Shown: in pieces, positions 39,607-49,740 of the stretch
How positions within the stretch are numbered: the stretch's first letter is position 1
Layout: each line of letters opens with the position of its first letter
Assembly: GCA_964010765.1 (NCBI GenBank)
Contig: CAXGMD010000007.1
Location: forward strand, 678-64,677
DNA from: an uncultured bacterium
GTDB lineage: Bacteria > SAR324 > NAC60-12
Direction of reading: 5' to 3'
DNA: 64,000 nucleotides
Translations under genes and position numbers: made by a program
The notes under the pieces: model-generated
What the model was told of the DNA's origin: nothing
The model's database searches: none
What the model saw: the letters and a program-made list of their open reading frames with translations, nothing else

Positions 39607-40977
39607 ATGGAGACAGATATGTCCAAGAACAAATCATTGCTGACCCAAAACCTTTCACGTCGATCCGTTATCAAGGGTGGGACAGTTGCGGCTCTTGCTG
39701 CCAGTTTCCCACAAATCTGGATTAAAGAAGGCTGGGCACAAGGAAATTTCAGGAATAACCCGGGTAGCAGCGGTGAAATCAAATTGGGTTTCAATTACCC
39801 TCAAACTGGTCCCTACGCAGATGAGGGCGCCGATGAGTTTCGCGCTTACCAACTCGCAGTAAAGCATCTGAACGGTGAGGGTGATGGTGGGATGCTGAAC
39901 ACAATGAAGCCTTCAATGCTGAAGGGGAATGGGATATTGGGGAAGAAAGTTGTCTATGCAACTGGAGATACCCAAACGAATACGGATAAAGCTCGTTCGT
40001 CAGCAAAAAGATTGATTGAAAAAGACAATGTCATCATGGTGACGGGTGGATCATCGTCAGGTCCAGCCGTCGCTGTTCAAGCCCTCTGCCAAGAAATGGG
40101 CATTATCTTCATGGCTGGTTTGACCCACTCAAACGACACTACAGGCAAAGACAAGAAAAGATATGGATTCCGTCATTTCTTTAATGCTTACATGTCAGGG
40201 CAAGCGATCGCTCCACCTTTGAAAGCTGAGATGGGAACTGAAAGGAGAGCTTATCATTTGACAGCTGATTATACTTGGGGTTGGACTCAGGAGGAATCAA
40301 TTAAGAACGCTACCGAAGCTTTGGGATGGCAAACTGTCCAGACAGTCAAAACTCCAGTGGGTGCTGGGGACTTCTCTCAGTACATCACTCCGGTGCTGAA
40401 TTCTGGAGCGGACGTGTTGATTCTGAATCACTATGGAAAGGATATGGTGAATTCCTTGACGCAAGCAGTTCAATTTGGGCTGAGAGATCGTCAAGCGAAT
40501 GGTAAGAATTTTGAGATTGTCGTGCCACTGTTCAGTCGTTTGATGGCCCAGGGTGCCGGTGCAAACATGAAAGGCATTCTTGGAACTACTAACTGGCATT
40601 GGTCTCTTAAAAATCCGGGTAGTCAGGCATTTCTGAAATCATTTGGTCAAGAATATGGTTTCCCCCCCTCGCAGGCTGCCCACACTTGCTACGTACAGAC
40701 CCTGCTTTACGCTAATGCTTGTGAGATGGCGGGAACTTTCTATCCACCTGCAGTGATCAAGCAACTGGAAGGCTTCAAATTTGACGGAATGGGCAATGGG
40801 CCAACTGAATATCGTGCCGAAGACCATCAGTGCTTCAAAGATGTTCTTGTAGTACGAGGTAATATGAACCCACAGAGCCAATTTGACTTACTTGAAGTGG
40901 TTGAGGTTGTTCCTCGTTCACAAGTTGAGTACGATGCCAGTATTTTTGGTGGGGAATTAGGACCATACGAAGTCTGA
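39607..40977 (+). CDS. Liv/amide-type ABC substrate-binding protein with Tat signal
   Basis: SRRSVIK twin-arginine signal; GFNYPQTGPYADEG, TGGSSSG, LTADYTWG, type 1 periplasmic binding fold; start may be 39619. Confidence 0.88.
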   Translation: METDMSKNKSLLTQNLSRRSVIKGGTVAALAASFPQIWIKEGWAQGNFRNNPGSSGEIKLGFNYPQTGPYADEGADEFRAYQLAVKHLNGEGDGGMLNTMKPSMLKGNGILGKKVVYATGDTQTNTDKARSSAKRLIEKDNVIMVTGGSSSGPAVAVQALCQEMGIIFMAGLTHSNDTTGKDKKRYGFRHFFNAYMSGQAIAPPLKAEMGTERRAYHLTADYTWGWTQEESIKNATEALGWQTVQTVKTPVGAGDFSQYITPVLNSGADVLILNHYGKDMVNSLTQAVQFGLRDRQANGKNFEIVVPLFSRLMAQGAGANMKGILGTTNWHWSLKNPGSQAFLKSFGQEYGFPPSQAAHTCYVQTLLYANACEMAGTFYPPAVIKQLEGFKFDGMGNGPTEYRAEDHQCFKDVLVVRGNMNPQSQFDLLEVVEVVPRSQVEYDASIFGGELGPYEV

Positions 40978-40990
40978 TTCTCACATTGAA

Positions 40991-41021
40991 TGGAAGTCGC
41001 ATGAATTTTTTGCGACTTCCA
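40991..41021 (+). other. Stem-loop after the SBP gene (mRNA-stabilising or processing hairpin)
   Basis: Perfect 11-bp inverted repeat TGGAAGTCGCA-N9-TGCGACTTCCA with no U tract. Confidence 0.6.
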
Positions 41022-41072
41022 GACACTCATTGCAACCTCCATCTACATATATTCTTCATCGATTAGGCATCA

Positions 41073-42089
41073 ATGGATGTTATCTTTCTGCAAATCCTAA
41101 ATGGATTAGACAAGGGTGGTGCGTATGCTTTAATCGCACTGGGTTTGACACTTACGTTTGGAACACTTGGAGTTGTGAATTTTGCTCATGGAGCACTATT
41201 CATGATGGGTGCTTTCTGTGCAGTAACAATTCAAAAAATCCTCACTCTTTCAAAAAAAATAAAAGATGAAAGTGTAACTTTCTTTGAGGCATTTAAAGAG
41301 GAACCCTATTTGACGATATGGTTTGGTGATACAGGTCAGGTCATTATTGATTATGTTGTTCCCATTTCTTTGCTAATAGCTATACCAATAATGTTACTAG
41401 TTGGCATTTTGATGGAGCGAGGACTCATAAGATTTTTTTACAAAAGACCTCATGCTGAGCAAATTTTAGTAACTTTTGGATTAGCGATCGTTTTACAGGA
41501 AATTATCAAAGCATTTTATGGTGCAAATCCAATCCCCATAAGTGCACCAGAGATTGTTTCTGGATCGGCTTCAGTTGGTTCCTGGTTAGGATTTGGGGAT
41601 AATATAATTTACCCTTGGTGGCGTCTAATTTATTTGGTGTTCACAGGAGTCACCGTAATCGGCGTCTTTTCGTTCCTGAATTTTACAACATATGGAATGG
41701 TTGTTCGTGCTGGTATGTATGATAGTGAGACAGTGGGTCTACTTGGGATAAACATAGAAAGAAGGTTCACAATCATTTTTGGTTTGGCTGCGATCGTGGC
41801 TGGTATGGCTGGAGTAATGTACACTCCAATATTACCTCCCGATTATCACATTGGGATGGATTTCCTTGTACTTTCCTTTGTGGTAGTTGTTGTTGGTGGG
41901 ATGGGGTCGCTTGAGGGGGCAGTACTTGCTGGGTTTATACTCGGAATACTCCAGTCTTTTGCTTCAATGAATCAGATAAAAAGTATAATTCCTGGAATTG
42001 ATCAAATCATCATTTATGCCGTTGCAGTAATAATTTTGTTGACCCGCCCAAGAGGTTTATTAGGGCGTAAGGGATTGATGGAGAATTAA
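41073..42089 (+). CDS. Liv-type ABC permease (LivH-like)
   Basis: [39 protein letters not shown]. Confidence 0.9.
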   Translation: MDVIFLQILNGLDKGGAYALIALGLTLTFGTLGVVNFAHGALFMMGAFCAVTIQKILTLSKKIKDESVTFFEAFKEEPYLTIWFGDTGQVIIDYVVPISLLIAIPIMLLVGILMERGLIRFFYKRPHAEQILVTFGLAIVLQEIIKAFYGANPIPISAPEIVSGSASVGSWLGFGDNIIYPWWRLIYLVFTGVTVIGVFSFLNFTTYGMVVRAGMYDSETVGLLGINIERRFTIIFGLAAIVAGMAGVMYTPILPPDYHIGMDFLVLSFVVVVVGGMGSLEGAVLAGFILGILQSFASMNQIKSIIPGIDQIIIYAVAVIILLTRPRGLLGRKGLMEN

Positions 42090-42090
42090 G

Positions 42091-43233
42091 ATGAATATGC
42101 AATCCAACGAAATTAGAGTGATGGTGATTTTTTCAGCAATTGTACTGCTGATGCCCATTTGGATGATCCCATTCGGTGCTGCCTATCCTGATCTTCTCCA
42201 AAAATTTGCGATTTTTGGGATTTTTGCGATCGGCTTTAATATTCTATTTGGTTTAACTGGATATCTTTCTTTCGGTCATGCAGCCTTCCTAGGTATTGGA
42301 TCTTATTCAGCAGTTTGGAGTTTTAAACTTCTATCAATGAATGTAATACCAGCGATGATATTTGCTGTTGTAGTCTCTGGATTTGCTGCGGCTTTGATTG
42401 GATTTGTTAGTTTGAGACGTACAGGGATCTACTTTTCTATACTAACTCTAGCTTTCGCACAGATGTCATACAATCTAGCTTACTCTGTGTTGACTCCAAT
42501 AACCAATGGTGAAACAGGACTTCAACTTGCTCAAGCAGACCCAAGAATACTGGACAATATGGTTGGAAGCGTTTCAGCCGAAAGCGGACTACCATCAACT
42601 ACTCTCTTTGGGCTAAGTATGAGTGGTTTTAGTGGGTTCTACTTCTGTGCAGTGATAATGATCTTTGCTTTCTACCTTGCGATGAGAATCACCCACTCTC
42701 CCTTTGGGCTGGCCTTAAGAGCGATCAAGTCTAATCAAGTTCGGATGATGTATACAGGTTTCAACACAAGACCTTACATGTTGACTGCTTTTGTGATCTC
42801 TGGGATGTACGCCGGACTAGCAGGGGCACTTTTAGCTGTTACAGATCCCCTTGCTGGTGCTGAAAGAATGCAGTGGACTGCGTCTGGTGAAGTAGTATTA
42901 ATGACAATTATTGGTGGTGTTGGAACTCTCTTCGGGCCGCTTTTAGGTGTTGTTTTAATCAAATATTTTGAAAACATTTTTTCATCATTCAACGATCAAT
43001 TATTGACAGATACATTTAATTTTCTTCCTAATGTTTTAATTGAACCGGTTGTAAAGATTGTAGGTATATTTGTTGGGGACGGATGGCATTTAACATTAGG
43101 TGCCTTGTTCATGATAATCGTAATATTTCTTCCGGGAGGGATTATCGAAGGTATAACCAGACTGAAAAGTAAGATTCAGAATCGTGATGAGAGTATCATG
43201 CCTCCTAAATCAACGAAAAATAAGGAGTCTTGA
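42091..43233 (+). CDS. Liv-type ABC permease (LivM-like)
   Basis: [55 protein letters not shown]. Confidence 0.9.
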   Translation: MNMQSNEIRVMVIFSAIVLLMPIWMIPFGAAYPDLLQKFAIFGIFAIGFNILFGLTGYLSFGHAAFLGIGSYSAVWSFKLLSMNVIPAMIFAVVVSGFAAALIGFVSLRRTGIYFSILTLAFAQMSYNLAYSVLTPITNGETGLQLAQADPRILDNMVGSVSAESGLPSTTLFGLSMSGFSGFYFCAVIMIFAFYLAMRITHSPFGLALRAIKSNQVRMMYTGFNTRPYMLTAFVISGMYAGLAGALLAVTDPLAGAERMQWTASGEVVLMTIIGGVGTLFGPLLGVVLIKYFENIFSSFNDQLLTDTFNFLPNVLIEPVVKIVGIFVGDGWHLTLGALFMIIVIFLPGGIIEGITRLKSKIQNRDESIMPPKSTKNKES

Positions 43234-43997
43234 TGAGTAAAAAGATTTTGGACGTCCAAGGTGTCAACAAGAGCTTTGGAGGACTAAAAGCCCTGAATGA
43301 AGTTGTTTTTGATGCAGTGGAGGGCGAGACCCACGCAATCATTGGTCCGAACGGGGCAGGTAAGTCCACTTTTCTGAATGTTTGTATTGGCAAGTTGATT
43401 CCTGATACCGGTACAGTAATGTTTGATGGTCAGTTGATGACTGGAAAGCAACCCCATGAGATCAACCAGGCAGGAATTGTACGAGTATTTCAAACGCCTG
43501 AAATTTTCCAAGATCTGACGATTCTTCACAACGTGATGATTTCTGCCTTTTCCAAGCGAGATGGAGAATTTCGGTTCAATGCTTTCAAAAGTATTTTGTC
43601 TGAGAATAAATTACGCCAGGAGGCAGAAAGCATTTTGGAAGACCTTAGCATGGAAAGTATGCTTCATGATCATGCTGGTAGTCTATCTCGGGGGGACAAA
43701 AGACGTCTTGAGCTGGCGATGAGCCTAATTCAGAAACCAAAATTGCTGCTACTTGATGAGCCTACTGCTGGAATGTCTAGAATTGATACGAATCGGACAA
43801 TTGAATTACTTTCAAAAATAAAACAGCGGGGGATTACTAGGATTATTATTGAGCATGATATGCATGTAGTATTTAGCCTTGCAGATCGAATTTCTGTTCT
43901 TGCGCAGGGACAAGTGATTGCTACAGGTCTTCCAGATGATATTCGAAAGAGTCCTAAGGTCAAAGAAGCATATCTGGGAGGAGAGAGTCATGCCTGA
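43233..43997 (+). CDS. Liv-type ABC ATP-binding protein (LivG-like)
   Basis: FGGLKAL, GPNGAGKST, LSRGDKRRLELA, LLDEPTAG, EHDM, VKEAYLG. Confidence 0.92.
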   Translation: MSKKILDVQGVNKSFGGLKALNEVVFDAVEGETHAIIGPNGAGKSTFLNVCIGKLIPDTGTVMFDGQLMTGKQPHEINQAGIVRVFQTPEIFQDLTILHNVMISAFSKRDGEFRFNAFKSILSENKLRQEAESILEDLSMESMLHDHAGSLSRGDKRRLELAMSLIQKPKLLLLDEPTAGMSRIDTNRTIELLSKIKQRGITRIIIEHDMHVVFSLADRISVLAQGQVIATGLPDDIRKSPKVKEAYLGGESHA

Positions 43998-44763
43998 AGC
44001 AGAAAATATTAAATTTGATAGTGCACACCCCTACCATCGAAAGCCAGAAACTGAGAGGAGACCCTATTTTTCCTGTTGGGAATTACAATCTTATTACGGC
44101 GAAAGTTACGTCGTACAAAATATCAGTTTTGACATTAGAGAGGGAGAGGTTTTAGCACTCCTTGGACGCAATGGTGCCGGCAAGACATCCACCCTCCGAA
44201 CGATTGCTAGGACGGATCTACCGAGCTTGAGATATGGAGAAATTTGGTTGGATCACCAACCTGTTCATGAAATGACTTCATACCAAGCTGCTCAAAGCGG
44301 AATACAATTAGTTCCTGAAGATCGTAGAATCATTGGTGGATTGTCCGTGGAGGAAAATCTCAAATTAGCTCAAATCGAAGAGCCGCATGGTTGGTCTTTT
44401 GAGCGAATTTATGAATCGTTCCCAAGACTGGCTGAGAGAAGAAAACAGGAAGCGGTGACACTTTCCGGAGGTGAGCAGCAAATGCTTGCAGTTGCTAGAG
44501 CGTTGGCAAGAGATCTAAAGCTATTGATGCTGGATGAACCTTATGAGGGACTTGCACCTGTTATTCGGGAGGAGATTGCAAGAATTGTTGTGGACATTCG
44601 TGACTTGGGTATAACAACGATCATTGTTGAGCAAGATGCGATGGCTGTCCTTCGATATTCTGATCGTGCGGTGATTTTGGATAGCGGAGAGATAGCATTT
44701 TCAGGTTCGGCTGCTGAAGTTCGTGAAAACAAGCAACTTCTTGAGCATTATCTTTCAGTTTGA
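43990..44763 (+). CDS. Liv-type ABC ATP-binding protein (LivF-like)
   Basis: GRNGAGKT, VPEDRRI, LSGGEQQMLA, LDEP.EGLAP; start moved to ATG 43990. Confidence 0.92.
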   Translation: MPEAENIKFDSAHPYHRKPETERRPYFSCWELQSYYGESYVVQNISFDIREGEVLALLGRNGAGKTSTLRTIARTDLPSLRYGEIWLDHQPVHEMTSYQAAQSGIQLVPEDRRIIGGLSVEENLKLAQIEEPHGWSFERIYESFPRLAERRKQEAVTLSGGEQQMLAVARALARDLKLLMLDEPYEGLAPVIREEIARIVVDIRDLGITTIIVEQDAMAVLRYSDRAVILDSGEIAFSGSAAEVRENKQLLEHYLSV

Positions 44764-44850
44764 GGCACTCTTTTTTATCTACTTAAGGAGAAACGGGGGT
44801 GCGGTTCTGCGCCCACCCAAAGAACTGAGTGGGCTTCGAGGAAAGTGCGC

Positions 44851-45069
44851 CTAGAAGTCCGCTTTTTGAGCTGCTCGCAATTCTCTTTTCAAATCCTTGT
44901 TTCTCTGCTTTTCTGCAGCCTCACGCTTCAAACGCTTTGCAACAGAGGGTTTGATGTAGAATTTTCTCTTTTTCAATTCTTTGAACAAGCCTTCTCGAAT
45001 CAAAGTTCTCTTCAATTGCATCATTGACTTGCCGACGTTCCCGTCACGGACTTCAATATTTACAGGCAT
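44851..45069 (-). CDS. rpsU: 30S ribosomal protein bS21
   Basis: 72 aa, basic; VRDGNV...LKR...EGLFKELKKRKFYIKPS; GAGGAG RBS. Confidence 0.88.
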   Translation of the reverse strand: MPVNIEVRDGNVGKSMMQLKRTLIREGLFKELKKRKFYIKPSVAKRLKREAAEKQRNKDLKRELRAAQKADF

Positions 45070-45116
45070 TCTCCTCGTTTACTGATAGATAAGTATTAGC
45101 ATTGATTCAACACGTT

Positions 45117-45144
45117 ATTATAACACAAAATCTTTTCTTGACAA
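45117..45144 (-). promoter_or_regulatory. Sigma70 promoter of rpsU (extended -10)
   Basis: Minus strand TTGTCA (45144-45139), 16-nt spacer ending TGT, TATAAT (45122-45117). Confidence 0.65.
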
Positions 45145-45163
45145 CCCAAGAATTCCGACTCCA

Positions 45164-46087
45164 TTGATTCCTGCCTCCATTGTAATCACAGGTCCTACCG
45201 CAAGTGGAAAAAGTGATCTCGCGCTAGAACTTGCTCAAAAGATCGATGGCGAGATCGTCTGTACAGACTCAATGCAGGTGTATCGAGGTTTGGATATTGG
45301 AACTGCTAAACCGACTAAAGCGGAGCAATTAGCGCTACCTCATCATCAGATCGACCTGTGCAATCTTGATGAACATTATTCAGCAGGCCAGTATGCACGT
45401 GATGCTGAATTTACGCTGAACAAACTTGGAGAACTAGAGAAGATACCAATTCTTGTGGGTGGTTCGGGGCTTTATTACAAGGCGCTAATTTATGGATTGG
45501 ACGACATGCCTCCGATACCCAAAGCGATCAGACAGTCAGTATTGAATGACTGGAAAATAAGGGGTTTTGAAGAATGTTATCAAGAATTAGCCAAGTGTGA
45601 TCCAGAACTTGCGTCCAGACTTTCTCCTCATGACGCAACCAGAGTACAAAGAGGTCTCGAGATCTTTCGGGCGACACAAAAAAAAATGAGTTCTTTTCAA
45701 AAAAATAAGTTTGGTAATCAGACAACTCGGTTTCCAGTCATGATCTTGGGTGTTCACTGGGAGCGAGAAGCACTCTACCAAAGAATTAACCTGCGCACTG
45801 AAGCCATGTTGAAAATTGGCTGGATCGAGGAAGTGAAAGCTTTGTTGGAGCTTTATTCATCCTCACTCTCACCTCTCAATGGGCTTGGATACAAACAAAT
45901 CATTGCTTACTTGAACGGTGAACTAAACTACAATCAGATGGTCGAGGTAATTCAACAGAAAACGAGAAATTTTGCTAAACGTCAACTTACCTGGTTTCGC
46001 CAAGAAAAAAGTCTGAAATGGTTTGAAATCCACAAAAGAGAACAAGTTTTTCAAGCAACCGAAGCCTTCCTTTCTGAGTATCATTGA
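45164..46087 (+). CDS. miaA: tRNA dimethylallyltransferase
   Basis: GPTASGKS, DSMQVYRGLDIGTAKP, VGGSGLY, TRNFAKRQLTWFR. Confidence 0.95.
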   Translation: MIPASIVITGPTASGKSDLALELAQKIDGEIVCTDSMQVYRGLDIGTAKPTKAEQLALPHHQIDLCNLDEHYSAGQYARDAEFTLNKLGELEKIPILVGGSGLYYKALIYGLDDMPPIPKAIRQSVLNDWKIRGFEECYQELAKCDPELASRLSPHDATRVQRGLEIFRATQKKMSSFQKNKFGNQTTRFPVMILGVHWEREALYQRINLRTEAMLKIGWIEEVKALLELYSSSLSPLNGLGYKQIIAYLNGELNYNQMVEVIQQKTRNFAKRQLTWFRQEKSLKWFEIHKREQVFQATEAFLSEYH

Positions 46088-46247
46088 TTTTGCTTTGTCA
46101 AAAAAGGACAAAAAGAAGAATCCTGAATTTCAGTGGTTGGGATTCTAGCTTGATTTCTTAAGGGGGGATCATCAATTGCAGTTTGCTGATGAGTATCTTC
46201 CATGACGAAATTCGATTAACCCCGTCTCCCTAAGTCCGGGAAAATTT

Positions 46248-47861
46248 ATGCCGGGCCCGCCAAATTCTATTCCTGAAAAAAGTCGAACACCAAAAGATCA
46301 AAAAAGCGTTTCCATCAGCATTTTGAAAAGTGCTGGAGTCGTTACTATTTTTACATTGCTCTCCAGAATTATGGGTGCAGTGAGGGATCTTTTCATCGCC
46401 AACATTTTTGGTGCGGGCTTGGTCACAGACGCTTTTATCCAGGCCTTCACAATTCCGAATGTCTTTCGTAGGTTGACAGCCGAAGGCTCCATGACTTTGG
46501 CATTTCTTCCAATTTATACCGAAATTCGTGAGCAAAGATCGGCGGAGGAAGCGAAACGTTTTGCTTCCAGAGTGTTGGGTCTAGTCCTTTTTGGCACTGG
46601 TCTGATCTGCGCACTTGGGATGATTTTCAGTCCTCAGCTTGTTTGGTTGTTTGCAGCTGGTTTTGCAGAAGATGCTGAAAAATTTCAGCTAACAACCGAT
46701 TTAAATCGGTTGATGTTCCCCTACTTGATATTGGTTTCTGTCGTAGCTTGGTCGATGGGGATTTTGAATGCTGAAAAAAGATTTGCAGCCCCAGCAGCAG
46801 CTCCAATTTTTTTGAATTTAGCGATTATTGGTGGTGCCATTAGTTTGGCACCTTGGTTAGAGCGGCCCATAGAAGGGTTGGGTTGGGGTGTACTGCTTGG
46901 AGGGCTTCTTCAGGTCTTTTTACAAATTCCTTCATTATTTAGGGTAGAACAACCTCTGCTCCCAAAAATTTTCTGGTTAGATCCAGAGGTCAAAAGGCTA
47001 CTAAAATTGTTGGGACCTTCTCTTTTTGGAGTAGCAGTTTACCAAATCAACATTATCATCCTGCGCAATCTCGCTAGTTTTTTGCCAGATGGACAAGTGA
47101 CCTATTATTACAACGCGAGTCGGTTGACAGAATTTGTTCTAGGTGTGTTCGCCTTTGCGATTGCCACTGCCAGTTTTCCTGAACTTAGCCTTCAAAAAGC
47201 ACGAACAGATTGGCTTGAGGTTGAGAAAACTTTAAGACTTAGTTTTCACACAACTTTCTTGATTGTCTTTCCAGCCACTGCTGGTCTGATTGGGATGGCA
47301 GAACCAATCGTTAGCGTTCTTTTCAGACACGGGGCGTTTACTTGGCTAGATGTTCAGGCGACTGCGGTCACTTTAATGATTTTTGCCTCAAGTATTCCCG
47401 CCGTTGCGGCTGTCAGATTGTTGGTGGCGCTCTTCTATGCCATGCAGGACACCAAGGGGCCGGTAAAAGCATCATTATTTAGCATGATACTTACTGGAGG
47501 ATTGGGGTGGTGGTTGAGTGGAATTTGGGAAGTGGCTGGGTTGGCCTTGGCCTTATCTTTGGGGACTTTTGGACAACTCATTGTGTTGTGCTGGCTTTTG
47601 CAAAGAAAACAGCTGCCTTTGACGAAATTCTGGTCTTCGAAAGTCTTGGCTAGATATATTATCTCAGCTTTTTTGATCGGGATCGGAGTTTGGAGTATGA
47701 GCCAACAAAATGATTGGGAACTAGGCCCAGCTTCATCAATCAACTGGTTGCTATTTTCAGCGATGTTGCTTGGTTCAGGGTTAGTCTATTTTTCAATCCT
47801 CAAAATTACTGGAGATCCCTACCTGACTGTTGTGTTGAAAAGATTGAGAAAACGCACTTAA
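46248..47861 (+). CDS. murJ: Lipid II flippase MurJ (MviN)
   Basis: SRIMGAVRD, AFTIPNVFRRLTAEG, ASRLTEF..GVF, FYAMQDTKGP; about 14 TM segments. Confidence 0.93.
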   Translation: MPGPPNSIPEKSRTPKDQKSVSISILKSAGVVTIFTLLSRIMGAVRDLFIANIFGAGLVTDAFIQAFTIPNVFRRLTAEGSMTLAFLPIYTEIREQRSAEEAKRFASRVLGLVLFGTGLICALGMIFSPQLVWLFAAGFAEDAEKFQLTTDLNRLMFPYLILVSVVAWSMGILNAEKRFAAPAAAPIFLNLAIIGGAISLAPWLERPIEGLGWGVLLGGLLQVFLQIPSLFRVEQPLLPKIFWLDPEVKRLLKLLGPSLFGVAVYQINIIILRNLASFLPDGQVTYYYNASRLTEFVLGVFAFAIATASFPELSLQKARTDWLEVEKTLRLSFHTTFLIVFPATAGLIGMAEPIVSVLFRHGAFTWLDVQATAVTLMIFASSIPAVAAVRLLVALFYAMQDTKGPVKASLFSMILTGGLGWWLSGIWEVAGLALALSLGTFGQLIVLCWLLQRKQLPLTKFWSSKVLARYIISAFLIGIGVWSMSQQNDWELGPASSINWLLFSAMLLGSGLVYFSILKITGDPYLTVVLKRLRKRT

Positions 47862-47903
47862 AAATTGAAATAACAGGGGTGTTTGGAAATTCACCTCAAA
47901 AAA

Positions 47904-48599
47904 TCAGGTTACTTCTTCGGCTCTTTTGATCAAAGGATCGATAATTCCTGCCTCAGCAAACCCCTTCTGTCGTAAGTGGCAAGCTGGACAAGCACCACAA
48001 GGAGGAAAAGTCCCATTATAACAGGTATGGCTGAAAGATAAGGCTTCGAGAGCCCCTAGCTCTTGAGCCATCCTAACGGTTTGAGCCTTGGTTAGCCACA
48101 TTAGGGGAGTATGCAGCACAAACTGTCTTTCCATGCCAAGATTCAGTGCTAATTGAAGAGCCTCAATTGAGTTTTTTCTACAATCGGGGTATCCGCTGTA
48201 GTCAGTTTGACAGACGCCCGTCACGATGTTTTCGATTCCCAATTGCCAGGCTCTTGCTGCTGCAAAACTCAATAAAATTAGATTTCGTCCAGGTACAAAG
48301 GTGTTTGGTAAGTCTTCTTCGATAATGTTTTCTTGATGAACTTCAACCTCTTCACTCCCAGTCAAAGCATTTCCACCTAATTCTGCAAAAGTGCCAATGG
48401 ATAGTACCTCATCGGGAACATCAGCCAATTGAGCAATCTTTTTTGCGCAACCCAACTCGATTCGATGTCGTTGACCATAATCGAAAGTCAGTGTCCTCAC
48501 CTCTTCGAAGTGTTTGAGCGCCCAGTAGAGGCATGTTGTGGAGTCTTGACCACCTGAAAAAACTACAAGTGCACTTTTAGACTGAGAAGAATTATTCAT
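47904..48599 (-). CDS. queC: 7-cyano-7-deazaguanine synthase QueC
   Basis: FSGGQDSTTCL, FDYGQRH..E, PNTFVPGRN, DYSGYPDCR, TCY...CGACPAC zinc site. Confidence 0.95.
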   Translation of the reverse strand: MNNSSQSKSALVVFSGGQDSTTCLYWALKHFEEVRTLTFDYGQRHRIELGCAKKIAQLADVPDEVLSIGTFAELGGNALTGSEEVEVHQENIIEEDLPNTFVPGRNLILLSFAAARAWQLGIENIVTGVCQTDYSGYPDCRKNSIEALQLALNLGMERQFVLHTPLMWLTKAQTVRMAQELGALEALSFSHTCYNGTFPPCGACPACHLRQKGFAEAGIIDPLIKRAEEVT

Positions 48600-48662
48600 C
48601 GTCAAGTTCGGATTAGCATTATTTGATAATACAAAGTGTTTTCAAAAGCTTATGGGTAAGCT

Positions 48663-49718
48663 TTAAATTAATAGCATACAGTCACCGTAGCTAAAAAAGC
48701 GGTACTTTTTCCTAACGGCTTCTTCGTAGCAGGACAACAACCGTTGCCTGCCACAAAGAGATGCTACCAGCATCAGCAAAGTTGATTTCGGGAGATGAAA
48801 ATTAGTCAGCAATCCCTGGATCATCTTGAATTGAAAAGGTGGGTAAATAAAAATCTCTGTCGTTCCACTTAACTTGGGCTCATCTTGCCTAGCCAATGTT
48901 TCCAACACTCGGACCACCGTCGTGCCTACAGCAACAATACGTCGTCCCTCTTTCCGGTAGTGATTCAACCTACTCCAAACACCAGCATCAATCTCGTATT
49001 GTTCTTCGTGCATCCGGTGTTGCCTGGGGTCATCGACTTTCACTGGTTCAAATGTTCCCCTGCCAACGTGTAAAGTCACTTCCTCAATTGGAATTTTTCG
49101 TTCAGCCAGTTTTGCCAAAATCCCTTTTGTGAAATGTAAGCCTGCTGTGGGTGCCGCTACAGCTCCTTGCTTTTTAGCATAGACAGTTTGGTAACGCTCC
49201 TTGTCGCTCAGACTGGTTAATTCATCTGCATTTTTTCTGGAAATGTATGGTGGAAGTGGGGCGAAACCCTCTTTCTCCAATTTTTCACTAAGCTGTGTTG
49301 GTTCTTCAAAAGAAAGCACCCAACTACCGTCTTCGAGGCGTTCAATGGCTTCAGCCTTTAGAGTCTTACCGAAGAAAAGAGTTTCCCCAGATTTGATTTT
49401 TTTGGCTTTTTTGATCAAAGCTTCCCATTTTCCGTTTTGGATTTCCCTTGTTAGAAGGGCTTCTAACATAGCACCACTCACCCGTTTCCCTAATAATTTA
49501 CTTGGAAGAACCTTAGTGTTATTCAGTACCAAGACAGTATCGTCTGGTAACAGATTGATGATGCCATCAAATCGATAATGAGAGAGATCATGACTTTCCA
49601 AAGGGAGATACATTAATTTCGAGAGTTCTCTTTGGGAAGCAGGGTGTTGAGCGATCAGTTCAGGATGAAGAAAAAAATCGTAAGAGCCTAGCGTCCAATC
49701 TGGGTTCAAGTTTTTCAA
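48663..49718 (-). CDS. queA: S-adenosylmethionine:tRNA ribosyltransferase-isomerase QueA
   Basis: ELIAQHP, PLPPYI, RYQTVYA..GAVAAPTAGLHF, LHVG.GTF, TNFHLPKSTL, YRFFSYGD. Confidence 0.96.
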   Translation of the reverse strand: MKNLNPDWTLGSYDFFLHPELIAQHPASQRELSKLMYLPLESHDLSHYRFDGIINLLPDDTVLVLNNTKVLPSKLLGKRVSGAMLEALLTREIQNGKWEALIKKAKKIKSGETLFFGKTLKAEAIERLEDGSWVLSFEEPTQLSEKLEKEGFAPLPPYISRKNADELTSLSDKERYQTVYAKKQGAVAAPTAGLHFTKGILAKLAERKIPIEEVTLHVGRGTFEPVKVDDPRQHRMHEEQYEIDAGVWSRLNHYRKEGRRIVAVGTTVVRVLETLARQDEPKLSGTTEIFIYPPFQFKMIQGLLTNFHLPKSTLLMLVASLCGRQRLLSCYEEAVRKKYRFFSYGDCMLLI

Positions 49719-49740
49719 AATCTAATTACTATTGTGGATG

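Noticed and set aside
44838-44850. GAGGAAAGT resembling the RNase P RNA 5' motif
   Set aside because: The intergenic space is only 87 nt and the sequence runs into rpsU; no other RNase P elements are present.
46166-46213. Hammerhead-like core CTGATGAG (46186-46193)...CGAAA (46206-46210) between miaA and murJ
   Set aside because: Stem II is weak and bulged, stem III has only 3-4 bp, and stem I cannot close next to the core. An alternative TCATCA/TGATGA hairpin sequesters the core. An Infernal hammerhead scan would settle it.
47904-48599. QueC as part of a defence system (QatC/Cap9-like)
   Set aside because: Canonical length and motifs, and adjacent to queA, indicating ordinary queuosine biosynthesis.
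48600-48662. Possible preQ1 riboswitch upstream of queC
   Set aside because: No preQ1-I stem-loop or A-rich tail in the short queA-queC gap.
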